From positions 1,860,001-1,924,000 of the forward strand of contig JBHGNT010000021.1 in the NCBI GenBank assembly GCA_043228905.1: DNA of 64,000 bases. The letters are read 5' to 3'. The position numbers were made by a program, and so were the translations under genes. This document shows, in pieces, positions 47,901-59,413 of the stretch. Below the pieces are notes generated by a model. That model did not search any database and was not told the DNA's origin. It saw only the letters and a list, made by a program, of their open reading frames with translations. The DNA is from Azolla caroliniana (Eukaryota > Plantae > Polypodiophyta). Positions within the stretch are counted from its first letter, which is position 1. Every line of letters starts with the position of its first letter.

Positions 47901-49993
47901 CGGACCTGCTCTACCACTTGTTGCGGAAAGGTAAGAAATTCGAATGGAAACAGGAACACACCAAAGCCATGAAGAAATTGAAGAAGACACTTCGGAGGGC
48001 GGAAGCACTTAAGAAGTCGAGCTACGACCGACCGATCATAGTAACGGTTGATACAAGTCCAACCGGTATCGGGTGGGTCATCAATCAAGCCGACTCGGAT
48101 GGTTCGCGGTATCCGATCCGATTCGGAGCAAAGGTTCTCAACGAAAGGCAACGTGGCTATGCACAAGTCAAAAGAGAATAGTGGGGAGTCGTGTCGGCGA
48201 TAAAATCGGATCAGGATTATTTGATCGGAGCCGAAGTGGTGATCGAGACGGATTGTCTTCCGATACTCGGGATGATGCGGTGTTGTACGATACCGGATGT
48301 AGCTATGCTAAGGTGGGTTGCATATGTCAAGTCGCTTAATCCGGAGGTTCAACACATCTCGGGGAAGGACAACGTGGTAGCGGATATGTTATCAAGGGCT
48401 CGGTTCGGAGACGACATAACCGAATCGGATAATGAAGAAGTTTCCGAAGACTACTTCGTGTCGGAGCACATATGCCGAGCGAACGTAATCCGAGAATTCA
48501 GGGAAGAAGAATACGAGGGAGAAAGCTTGATGATCGGAAAGATGTTACAAGAGGCCGAGGATTCAACAAACGATAAAGGAAGAAGAGCCGAGATCCGAAG
48601 GAAGAAGAGGCAAGTCCAAAAGTTCTTCTTGGAAAACGGATTAATATGGAGGGCGCCGAAAAGACCGGATGGTATACCACTTCGAGTAGTCGGGACAAAA
48701 AGAGCAACAAAACCGGATAATGTCCGAGTTTCACGAATCCGATTGGGCTGGACACCGAGGAACATGGGCAACATTTGTGAAGATCAAGCAAAAATATTGG
48801 TGGAAGAAAATGTACAAAGATGTCGCAGAGTTCACGGAAAGCTGCGAGAAATGCCAAGTCTACTCCGGGGTTCGACATCGAGATGAGTTACATCCGACAT
48901 TCTCACCGACAATCAACTTCAAGTGGATGGTCGACATAGTGGCCATGCTGACCGGGATCGGACAAAAGAAATACTTGGTATTAGCTCGGGAAGATCTCAC
49001 GAATCAAGTAGAAGGTCGAGCGCTTCAGAGGAAGACGTGTTCCGCGGTATGCCAATTTCTTTTGGAGGAAGTATTTTGCAGGTACGGGTGCGTAGGGCAA
49101 GTGATTGCGGACCGGGGAGAACTCGACTCGGACAAAGCTAGGGGATTCTTTGCCAAACACGAAGTTCGGTTATCGCTGACAACGGCATACAATCCGGAGG
49201 CCAACGGGAAAATCGAAAGAGGACATAGTCCGATCGTGAAAGCACTTGCGAAGGCATGCGATGGAAAGGTGAAGGACTGGCCGCAGATGCTTCCGTATGC
49301 ACTATGGGTGGATCGGACGACCCATAGCTCCATAACCGGTTACATGCCGGCAGAACTCATGACCGGACAAGCACCGGTAATGCCAACAGAAACCGCGATC
49401 GCAACATGGACAGTGCTACCGTGGAAGGAAGAGATGAGCCGGGAAGAACTACTAGCGGTCCGGATACGACAACTAGAGGGAAGACCGCCAGACATAGCGG
49501 AAGCAATACGCCGACAACAAGAAGCACGATTCCGGAACAAAAGTCAGTTCGACACAAAGCACCGACTACGACCGAGGAGGATTGAAGAAGGAGATTGGGT
49601 GATCGTCTATGACAGTAGTTTGGACCATCAACATACAACGATGCGGAAATTCGCGAAAAGGTGGTTCGGGCCATACGAGGTTCGGAAAGTCTTCGACAAC
49701 GGAACGTACCGACTGTCCGAGTTGGATGGAACAATACTACGAGTGCCTATAGCCGGGAAGCGGGTGAAGATTTTCAAGAAGTGGACCGACGATAAACCCT
49801 ATGTGATCCAAGCCAAGGCCGACAACGAGGAGCAATCGGACGAAGACCACGGTGATGCGGGAAGCGAAGAAAGTGAATTACAACTCATAGTCGACATAAG
49901 GGGAGAATCGGAGGAAGCTTTGGGTGAAGACGGATATGAGGAATCGAGAACTTCGGCACATACCGGAGGATGTGCGGGTTCGGAGGGGGCGAG

Positions 49994-50695
49994 TGTCGTA
50001 GTGTATTCCACACACTACGTGAAAACCATAAAATAATATATCCGATTTTAGATACATATAAATAAATAAATAATATATCAATATATTTATCACATGCATA
50101 GGGCAAGATGTGAACCTTGCACCTCCACGTAGATAAACCCCAACTTTACCATTGTAATAACTTATCTTTAGTCTTATACATATAGATTTAATACATATAA
50201 AACCTTTATTTACACATACCTATATTTAAAGGTAAAAAATCATGTATTCTTTAGGGTGTGAATATTTTATTTATACGTGACATTAAAAGTGACTCATGCA
50301 CATCTAGCGTGCATAAGCCCTATAATTAGGAAATGACAAAGCATCACATGCACATTTAGTGTGCATGGACACTTTTGGTGAAAAAGCATGAAGCCATGCT
50401 TAGCCTCTTCCATCTTTATATGAGGAGAGAAATATGTATAAGGTTGTTGATTAATATACAAGGATTGATCAATCTAATATATTCGTGGGATTCACGAATT
50501 TTGCCATCAAAATTACTCTTATAATCTAAATATTGTTTTAAATACACTAAACTCGTGGGATTCACGAGATTGCTATCTTACTTCTCTTTCTACTATTCAT
50601 AACTAGCCTTAAGTTGTATTCCTCTTCTTCCTAGTCCAAAACCTCGGCGGTTCCCACCCGACTCACGCAACGATCCGGAGCCGAAAGGCACGACA
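49994..50695 (+). repeat. 3' LTR of D, related to the C LTRs
   Basis: TGTCGTAGTG...GGCACGACA. The last ~70 nt are nearly identical to the C LTR end. Preceded by PPT GGAGGGGGCGAG. Confidence 0.9.
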
Positions 50696-50899
50696 CCGCT
50701 AGTACTAATAGTACTAAAACCGAGACTATTCCTCTAGATGTGTCTAATAGTCCTAATAGCCCAAGCCTTTCAAATAAATTTGAAATCCTTAGTCAACTAG
50801 AAGAAGAGTTAAATGATTAAGTCCAACCAAAATAGGAGTCGTTTGGTTAGACAACCCAAGATATGTACAGCCCATTAGTGGTTCCATTTCCTCTAAGCA

Positions 50900-53800
50900 A
50901 GTTAGCAATGTGTTCTTAGCTCATGTAATGGTTAGTACTAAAAGTACTCCTCCAGTACATGTCTTAGCCCTCTTAGATTCTGGAGCCAACTCTTGCTTCA
51001 TGGATAGGAATTTTGCCCAAGCTCATCAGATATCCCTAAAGAAACTCCCATGTCCAACCTCTGTATTAGTCATTGTGTTGGGAAATATGTCCCTCCAGTG
51101 GGAGGAAGATCTGACCGTCCGGAAAGCTGACAGTCGAGAAACCGGAATCGTGTAAATAACCAACTCGAGAGACTATATCTGTAAATAGTCTAAGTGTGCG
51201 CCCCATGAGGGCTACGTATGTAAATAGACAGAAAGTTGTGTAAGTATATACACAACTAGGGCAAACTTTAACTGTGTGATGAACAGAGTAAAAACAGAAA
51301 TTGTAGTGTGCAAGATAGCGAGAGAAAGTGTGTATGTGTGAGCCGCGCCATAGCTGTGTGAGTAATAGTAGAAGCGAAGAGCCCTGCGCGGCTGATACAC
51401 TTGACAAAGTGTTGTATTCCTCTCGGTGTTGTATATCCACTTTGTATAGTGAAGATTTTGTTCACCCGTGGTTTTCCCCGTTTTAGGGTTTCCACGTAAA
51501 TCTCTGTGCACCATTGTTCATCTTGTCTTTTCTTGGCATATTTCTGTGATTCGTATTTTAGCACGTAGTTCGTTTATTGTGATCTATTCCCCAACGATTT
51601 CTTAACACATTGATGGTTGTCCCATTGCTTCCAGGAATATTATAGAAGAGTCAAAACCCGTTAATATTGTCCTAGATTACTTAGCGTGTGTAGTATCATT
51701 TAATATAATTAGTATCCCAGAACATCCGATTGTTTTGGGATTACCATGGTTCGAATTACATAACCTAGCCATATATTGGAGAACAAGAGAAATACGGTGT
51801 CGACAAACTCGAAGATCTACTCATAAGATTGCAACCATTTTGCTACATCAGTTGCGTGGGGAAGGATGCAAGGAAGAAATGTTTCTCTTCGCAATATCAA
51901 TAAACCCTTCCCGTATCAATAAAGAGGAGTCCATCGTTCAACTTCCAGAGAAGTATCGTCATTATGCCAATGTGTTCGATAAAGTACGAGCTAATACGCC
52001 TCCTCACCATCAACTGTATGATTGCCCCATTGATTTACAACCGGGAAAAGAGCCACCATGGGGACTGATCTACAATTTTTCACCAACCGAGCTAGAAGTC
52101 CTTCGAGCCTATATAGAGGAGAATTTGGCAAATGGTTCCATTCAACATTCAAAATCTCCAGCCGGTGCACCCATTTTCTTCGTCAAGAAAAAGGATGGAT
52201 CACTTTGTCTCGTTGTAGATTACCGTGGGTTGAATAAAGTCACCATCAGGAATAGGTATGCACTTCCCCTTATCTCAAGTCTTTTAGAACGGATCAATGA
52301 TGCAAGGTTCTTCACAAAGATTGACTTATGAGGAGCGTATAACCTCGTACAAATCCGACTAGGAGATGAATGGAAGACTGCGTTTCGCACCAAATATGGG
52401 CACTTCGAGTATATGGTGATGCCATTTGGCTTCACTAATGCGCCAACAGTCTTCCAGCACATGGCAAATGATATATTCTGAGATCTCTTAGATGATTTTT
52501 TGATCATCTATTTGGATGATCTACTGGTTTATTCGAAGACCCAAGAAGACCATGATTCTCATGTACTGTTAGTACTAAAACGACTTCGAGAACATGGTCT
52601 TTATGCAAAACTGGAAAAATGTAGTTTCGGGTGCAACCAGGTAGAATTTTTGGGCTATGTCATTTCCTCGAAAGGCATCTCCATGGATCCAGATAAGGTC
52701 AAAACGGTGGTAGAGTGGCAGACTCCGCGTTCGTTGCGAGATATGCAATATTTTTTTGGCTTTGCCAATTTTTACCGCAAGTTCATACAGGATTACTCAA
52801 AGCTTGTTCTGGCTCTCACACAACTTACCAGGAAGGGAAAATCGTTCATTTGGTCTGAAGAAGCGGACATTGCTTTTGAGAGTCTTAGGAAGGCATTTAT
52901 ATCAGCTCCTATTTTAGCTCATGTTGATCCAGAGAAACCATTCATCATTGAAGCAGACGCGTCGGATTTCGCCTTGGGTAGCATTCTGTCTCAACAAGGC
53001 GATCATAAGAAGCTACATATTGTGGCTTTCCATTCACGCAAGTTTGACGCCGTGAAAATCAACTATGAAATTCATGATAATGAGTTATTAGCAATAGTGG
53101 ACTCTTTTATGCAATGGAGGCATTTTCTAAAGGGGTCTTCTCATCAAGTCATCGTATTCAGTGATCACAAAAACCTTGCCTACTTTCAAAATGCTCGTGT
53201 GTTAAATCGACGTAAAGATCGGTGGGCCCAATTCCTCACTCGTTTCAACTTCAAAATTACATATCGTTCGGGGAAGCAGCAAGGGAAGGCAGATGCATTA
53301 TCACGACGTTCCTATCTAGCACCGCGTCCTAGTGAGCCGGCTTTCGATAACCAAAAGCAAGTAATCTTGGGACCGGCACGACGCAGGTCTTCGGTATGCC
53401 CTTGGATTCCCACGTTATCGATACCATACGTGAGGACTTGAAGATAGATGTTTTCGCTCAAGCCATTCTAGCACAAATTGATCCCTCTCGAGCATCTTGT
53501 TCAAAGTCGCAACAACCAAGTACGGACTATCGACAATTTGAATGTCATGATGGATTACTATTCTTTAAGAAACTCTTGTATGTTCCTAATGGTGCTTGTC
53601 GCCTTCAAGTAGTCCAAAGCTGTCATGACACATATACAATTGGGCATTTTGGTAGTACTAAAACACTAGATTTTGTACAACAATCCTTCTGGTGGCCCCA
53701 TATGTGACAATTTGTCGAAGATTTTGTTCGGACTTGTGATACATGTTGCAGAGCAAAAATCATCCATATGGTTTATTAGAACCATTACCAATTCCAAGCA

Positions 53801-54900
53801 AGCCATGACAATCCATTGCCCTAGATTTCATCACAGATCTTCTGGTCTCTAAGGGATTCGATGTGATCTTAATAGTAGTAGATCGATATACGAAGATGGC
53901 CCATTTCCTGCCATGTACTAAGGAAATCTCCAGTGAAGAAACCGCCAAAATTGGCATGCGTGAAGTATGTTGGCATCATGGCCTTCCCGATAGTATCATC
54001 AGCGACCGTGGACCCCAGTTCGTCTCGAAGTTCTGGAAGCACCTCTTTAAAATGCTTAAGGTCACTTGTAACCTCTCCTCCGGCTACCACCTGCAAATTG
54101 ATGGCCAAGTAGAACGAACAAATCAAACGCTAGAGTAGTATCTTCTATGCTTTTTAAGCTATCATCAAGATGACTAGGTGGATATTCTCCACTTCGTCGA
54201 ATTTCTGTATAATAACTTTGTCCAATCATCGACAAAGGTGACACCATTTTATGCTTACACAGGTTGTCACCCCTGGTGGTGTGTATTTGAAACCCCAAAG
54301 TTACCTACAAATCCTTGTGTAGAGGATCGTTTGGAGCGGCTATGTAAGATACACGCGGATTTATCTACTCATCTACAACAAGCTCAACAAAAACACAAGG
54401 TTTACATGGATCATCATTGGCTTCCATCCTGTTTTGACATTGGAGATCGGGTGTGGCTACTACGATGACACATCAAGACTATATTCGCCCATGCGAGAAG
54501 TTGGATTACCAGCGATTAGGTCCTTTCTGTATTATCGCAAAAATTAATGTTGTCGCTTTTCGTCTTGATCTACCTCAACTTCGGATACATCCGGTGTTTC
54601 ATAGTTCTCTCCTTGAACCCTATCAAGACAGCACCATCCCAGGTTGTATTAAACAACCTCCACCCCCGATCGAGCTTGAAGATGGACCTGAGTACGAGGT
54701 TGTTGCCATCCTCGATTCCAAGATTGTTTGCAACAAGCTCTACTATTTAGTTGATTGGCTAGGATAGTGTCCCAGCGAGCGTACTTAGGAACCAATAGAG
54801 AATGTGACCAATGCTCGTGCTCTTCTTGAAGACTTCCATCATCAATATCTAGACAAACCGCCTCAATCCAAAACGACTCGTGACACTCGTCATTTTAAAG
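50900..54900 (+). pseudogene. pol: PR-RT-RH-INT-chromodomain of G, multiple stops
   Basis: LLDSGANSCF (PR), VDYRGLN and YLDD (RT), EADASD (RH), SDRGPQF (INT), LGPF, and chromodomain EYEVVAILDS..YYLVDWLG at about 54690-54850. Confidence 0.92.
51076..51607 (+). repeat. Solo LTR (copia-like) inside the G protease
   Basis: TGTTGG...TTAACA termini, TSD CATTG at 51071-51075 and 51608-51612, and a GGTTTTCCCCG..GGGTTTCCACGT motif. Confidence 0.85.
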
Positions 54901-55204
54901 GGAGGATAGTGTCATGATATGGCAAGACTCAAACCCATGACCTTATGTTACATGGGTCGAGCTCTTGACTATTAGACTATATGTTGTAATACAAAAGATA
55001 TTATTTTCATTTAGGTTTTACTATATAAAATTGATCTATATTCCATATTTCTCTGCAACATTCTAGAAACTTCAGGAGTACTCCTGAGAACACTATAAAA
55101 GGAGGCACAAGGCATTATTTCGAACCAAATTGGTTCAACGCTAGTCTTAAGCCTCCTAGATACTATTGTATATTCCCTTAACATAATATATATCTTTTGT
55201 TATC

Positions 55205-55253
<49 letters not shown>

Positions 55254-57000
55254 TCCTTCTCTCAAAAGTTCTACACCTCCCTTAGTACTAATCCTCATCT
55301 TTTAGTACTAATTCCTTCTCTGTTTTAGTAATGTTCCTCACAGTACTTCTCTGTCTTAGTTCTACTCCTAACACCACCGAGAGAGTCCCGATTGCGCTCG
55401 TGATTCAGCCGAACCCTCAAAAACTGGACAGAGTGTCGACTGTCCAAGCTCTTCACTCTCGCGTATGCCGAACCGTTGTCCAACACCTTCGTCTCCATCC
55501 GAGCTGTCGTAATGTAGGGTTCACCGAGTATCACTAGATGAGAGGACGACTCCTACACAAAGAAGTGTCGGTCGATTTCGATGTCACCGACCTTCACACG
55601 GACCTTCACACAGACCTTCACACGGACATTCAAACATGCACCGTGTAGTTCTTCCGTGGTGCAAGTTGCCATGCGTATCTTCCACCGTGCTTGGTGTTGA
55701 TAGGTCACTTCCCCTTCTTGTATAAGTCCATGGACATCAGGTTTATCTTCGATTTGTGGTCGATCAACAACACCACTGGTTCCTTCACGTCCTCGATCCG
55801 GAGCGGGGTCTCTCTTGTCGCCATTGCCCAGTGTGCCCTAGTGCAGTGGTTGTCTGTAAACTTCTCCTCCATCGCCATCTCATCGATGTGGGCCTCTTTC
55901 ACCTCGACCGGTTTCTCGCTCTCCGGCTCAATCGACAGCCGCTTTCTCTTCACGAGGTTGAGGATCGAATCATCGAACTCCTCCTTGGCAATACCCAGTA
56001 CTTCTCGTAGCATGAGTTCCACCCAACTATTGAGGATTCGCTCCTCTAAGACCTTCCGTAGGTATGTCGTCTTCTCTGTCTCCGAGCTCAATCGAAAGCT
56101 CAGTAATTTTTCCTTTGCTTTCTCCTGCAGGTTGACGCCTTCATTCCATTTTGGCTCGTTCTAGGTGTCGTACCTACGTGAGAGGCCTACCCCGACCCAT
56201 TTGTCTTCGACCGAAACTTCATAGTTCTGGCACGCGGCTTCCATAAAGCCAATCTTCTCCTCCACTGGATCGCTCCATCCAATGACCTCCTGAACCCACT
56301 TCTCATCATGGTCTGCCTCCTCCTTCAACTTCTTCCCAGAGAAGCCTTCAAGTATGACCAGCCAAAATACGGGGTCGTTTCCGGACCCGACATTCCTCTC
56401 TCTCCTTCTACCCGAATGTCGGTCGACGCCAAGTAATGGATGGTCTCTACATGTCGCGTTGCAGCTTCCTCCATCAACCTCTTCATGCCTCCTCATCCAA
56501 GGTTCATCTCCAAAGGCCTTCATGTTTCGCTTAACTGTACTCAGTTGTTCCAAAGGTACACCACATTGTTCCTTAGCGCCTCGGTGAAGTCGCTGCAATC
56601 TCTCCGAATGTGACCAACACCGTCGCACCACATGCACCTAAGGTCATATGATTGACCCCCGCCATCCCTCGATGCCTGGGCAATCTGGAGGTCGCACACC
56701 ATTTTAGTGAACTCCTCCAGCGTCGTGCCTCCCGATGGTCCGTCGACCACGTTAGCCGGAATCGGACCTGACTCAAGCCACCTTCTCGTCTTGTCCGACC
56801 GAGTCGGCACCTCCCTCGCTACTCTTGCTCTTAGGGTCGGGCCCGCCAACAACGTTCCCTTGTCATTCCATTCGCATCGTTTGTCAAAACGGCTACATAC
56901 CCACTTGACCACCGCCCAGTCGGTCATAAGGTCGTCGTCCGTCTCCAGGAGGAGACCCACCTTTTCCCTGTTTTGCGCATCGACTGCCTTTATGAACAAC

Positions 57001-57340
57001 TATTGATAGGCTTCACCCCCCTCCCAAGGGGAATTACATGTGAGGGAGAGAGAGTGAAAAACAAATAAGGAACGACACCAAAATGAGAGGGGAAAAAGCT
57101 ATATCACATTATGCCCCATGGATGAGGTTTATATAGTACAAGAGGTAACTGTTATAAAAGAATGAGACAAGTAGAGAGTTACATTACTTACCAACTCTCT
57201 CACTTTTGTACACATGCACACAAATATGCATGTGTTCATACACATATTCATCCTCACACACTCATACACATTACACATACACATAACCACATTATCGTGT
57301 TCCACCGATTATGCCTCCTCGTATATTCTTACGGGTAACA
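57001..57340 (-). repeat. Solo LTR (probably copia-type) inside the gag of H
   Basis: TSD ACAAC at 56996-57000 and 57341-57345. Minus-strand termini TGTTA...CAATA and a TATA box. Confidence 0.75.
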
Positions 57341-59413
57341 ACAACAGGACCTTGCTCGTGTCTAGCACAGTCCTATCCAAAGTCGATAGTCGGGCGAAGC
57401 GCTTCTCAAACTCTTGAAGCAACAAAGTTGTATTCCTCCCATTCCTGGGAAGTTCTACCCACTCCATAAGTTCCTTCTTTGATACCCGGAGTGAGTCATC
57501 CAGACTGTAACCCTCGAGGAGCCTTCCTTCGAGCCCCTCCCAGTCGCAGCAAGGTGCTTGTATCTCGAGCACCTCAGCGTGGATGCTCAATGCAACAACG
57601 TTGGCGAACCTGGTCAATCATCTCTCTTCGAGGATATCCCTCATGAGCCTCTCGGCCTTGTTGGCCTCCAAGTAACTCGTGACATCATTCCCATTAAATC
57701 AGCCTAAAGTGCCAACTATAGTCTCTATGGCCCTATCGAGGCCAACGGAGCTCTCCCGAGCATTCAACAGGTTGTCGACCTCCGTTGTCGTTGCTTCCAC
57801 AAGCTCGTTTCCTCTCATCTTGATGTTCCCTTGCCGCCCTTTCACGTCGAGTTTACCAAATATGTCGTGTATATCCACGTGTACATGTCGGATTGGGTGG
57901 GACTGTGGGGGTCTTGGACTACGGGGTCAGAGCCAGAGAGGCTACTCAGCTTGTAGTGACCTAACCGGCTCGTTTGCCGAAGTTCTTCGCTGAGCACATG
58001 GGCTCGTAAAACTTGTATCCGATCTAGCCTTGTCGCAAGATTCCAGAAATGAGCACACAGGCTCGCAGACTCCAGTAGAAACGCGTGGAACAGAGTGGGA
58101 GAGGAGAAGCAATGCCTCTGGAACATAGAAACAGAGATACGAATGTAGACCCAACACAGAAAAAAAGTCGGATAAAACAAACCAAGAATAAATTGACAGA
58201 TAGAGAAGAATACAACCGAACTCGCCCAACGACAGAGCTTCGAGCTCCGCACACACACACACACACCGACTAGTGAGCCTCTGGACGGGAGCACACAGGC
58301 TTCCTACACAAGCAGAGGCCTCACACCTATCTATCCGAAGTAGCACATAACAGAAAACCAACAACACTTGAGATCACAAAACGACAATACCTTCCCCTCC
58401 AAAACAATGGATCCCCAAAACAGACTTTCTTCCCTCCTTTTATAGCCCAAGGCAGGTCAATTACATCAGTATTATGATAGTTGTTTTCTGTCAGTGATCC
58501 TCCCCTCGATTTCCTCCCATCACACGCTGTCGAGAGATTACGCAAGTGCGTGTGGAATCGAGGCGGGACCGCGGGGGTCTCGAACCAAAGAGCAAGCGAG
58601 GGAGGAGAAAGAGAGAGAACCGGCTACGCAGGACCGGGGATACACAGGGACACGGCCCTTCAGCACGGAGAACGCGAACAGACACCGACACAGACAGATG
58701 CGAATGACTTAATATGTATATTAAGAAAATAGCTAACACTACTACAACCCTCGATGGGGCACAGGTTGGTTACAACCGAACAGGCCGGCGAACAGATGCC
58801 GATGCCTGCTCGCTTCGACGCACAAAACAGGGCAAAGGGGGGGGGGTAGCAGGTTGGAAGTGCTGCCGGAAGCACTCGGGCGTTCCTCGAAACAGCGCGA
58901 GCCTCCTCGGAACCCTGCACAGAAAGCTATGGAGCTCAAGAAGGAAGGAAACAGACAGAGAGAGAGAAGCGTCCAGAAACGGTCCGACAGCACTTCGTCC
59001 TCTCCGCGCGATCCCCTCTTTTTATAGCTCTTTCCTGTTCCTTATATATCTCGACGAGCAGGCCGTCATGTCAGCTTTATCCCCTGTCCCTTTCGAACAG
59101 GGATCCGCTCCGTTCTTCACGCATACGCGTAGTTACGCCGCCGACTCGTGCCGTCCCTTAGCTCGCGCGCGCGACCGAAAAGACTGTTCGCGCGGTCTTT
59201 GTCTCCACTCGTGTTAGGGCCTGTTCCCGCCGAATATCCTCCTAACTCGCTTCTATGTTCGACTTGGAGCGTGCGCGCGTGAGGAACCGGTTCCCACGCC
59301 TCGGTCTGCCGATTCCGCTTATGGACGGTTTTCTTCACGACATCCGCCCCCACCTAACCGCGCATCCTCCGGTATGCGCCAAGAAAGTTGGGACGGAGAA
59401 AACCGGCCCGTCT

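Larger units (their letters stand above)
36131..50036 (+). pseudogene. pol: pol of D (36131-36412 and 47410-50036; split by E)
   Basis: DQFQLAVESR|DITTMRTP joins across E. FLDD, RH, INT and GPY motifs are present, with stops and frameshifts. Confidence 0.85.
30948..50695 (+). mobile_element. Composite/chimeric element D (host of C and E)
   Basis: Partial LTR 30948-31318 plus Trp PBS 31323-31340. gag at 31356-31975 and 35146-35468. RT begins abruptly at about 36131 and continues at 47410-50036. The 3' LTR 49994-50695 is of a different (C-type) family. Confidence 0.7.
28669..55373 (+). mobile_element. Tcn1-like chromovirus (Ty3/gypsy) element G, degenerate and heavily nested
   Basis: LTRs 28669 to about 29125 and 54910-55373. 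5-bp TSD CCACC. PPT AAAGGGAGGATAG. gag at 29221-30515, pol at 50900-54900 with a chromodomain. No tRNA PBS. Confidence 0.9.
28245..58527 (-). mobile_element. Old degenerate main-family element H (own sequence 28245-28668 and 55374-58527), host of G and I
   Basis: gag-PR fragments at 55374-57830 join 28668 across G (RNRDSLGG|EG*EDF). The pol start is truncated near 28245. Degenerate Trp PBS at 57841-57858. The 5' LTR starts at 57863 and is interrupted by I at 58528. Confidence 0.8.
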
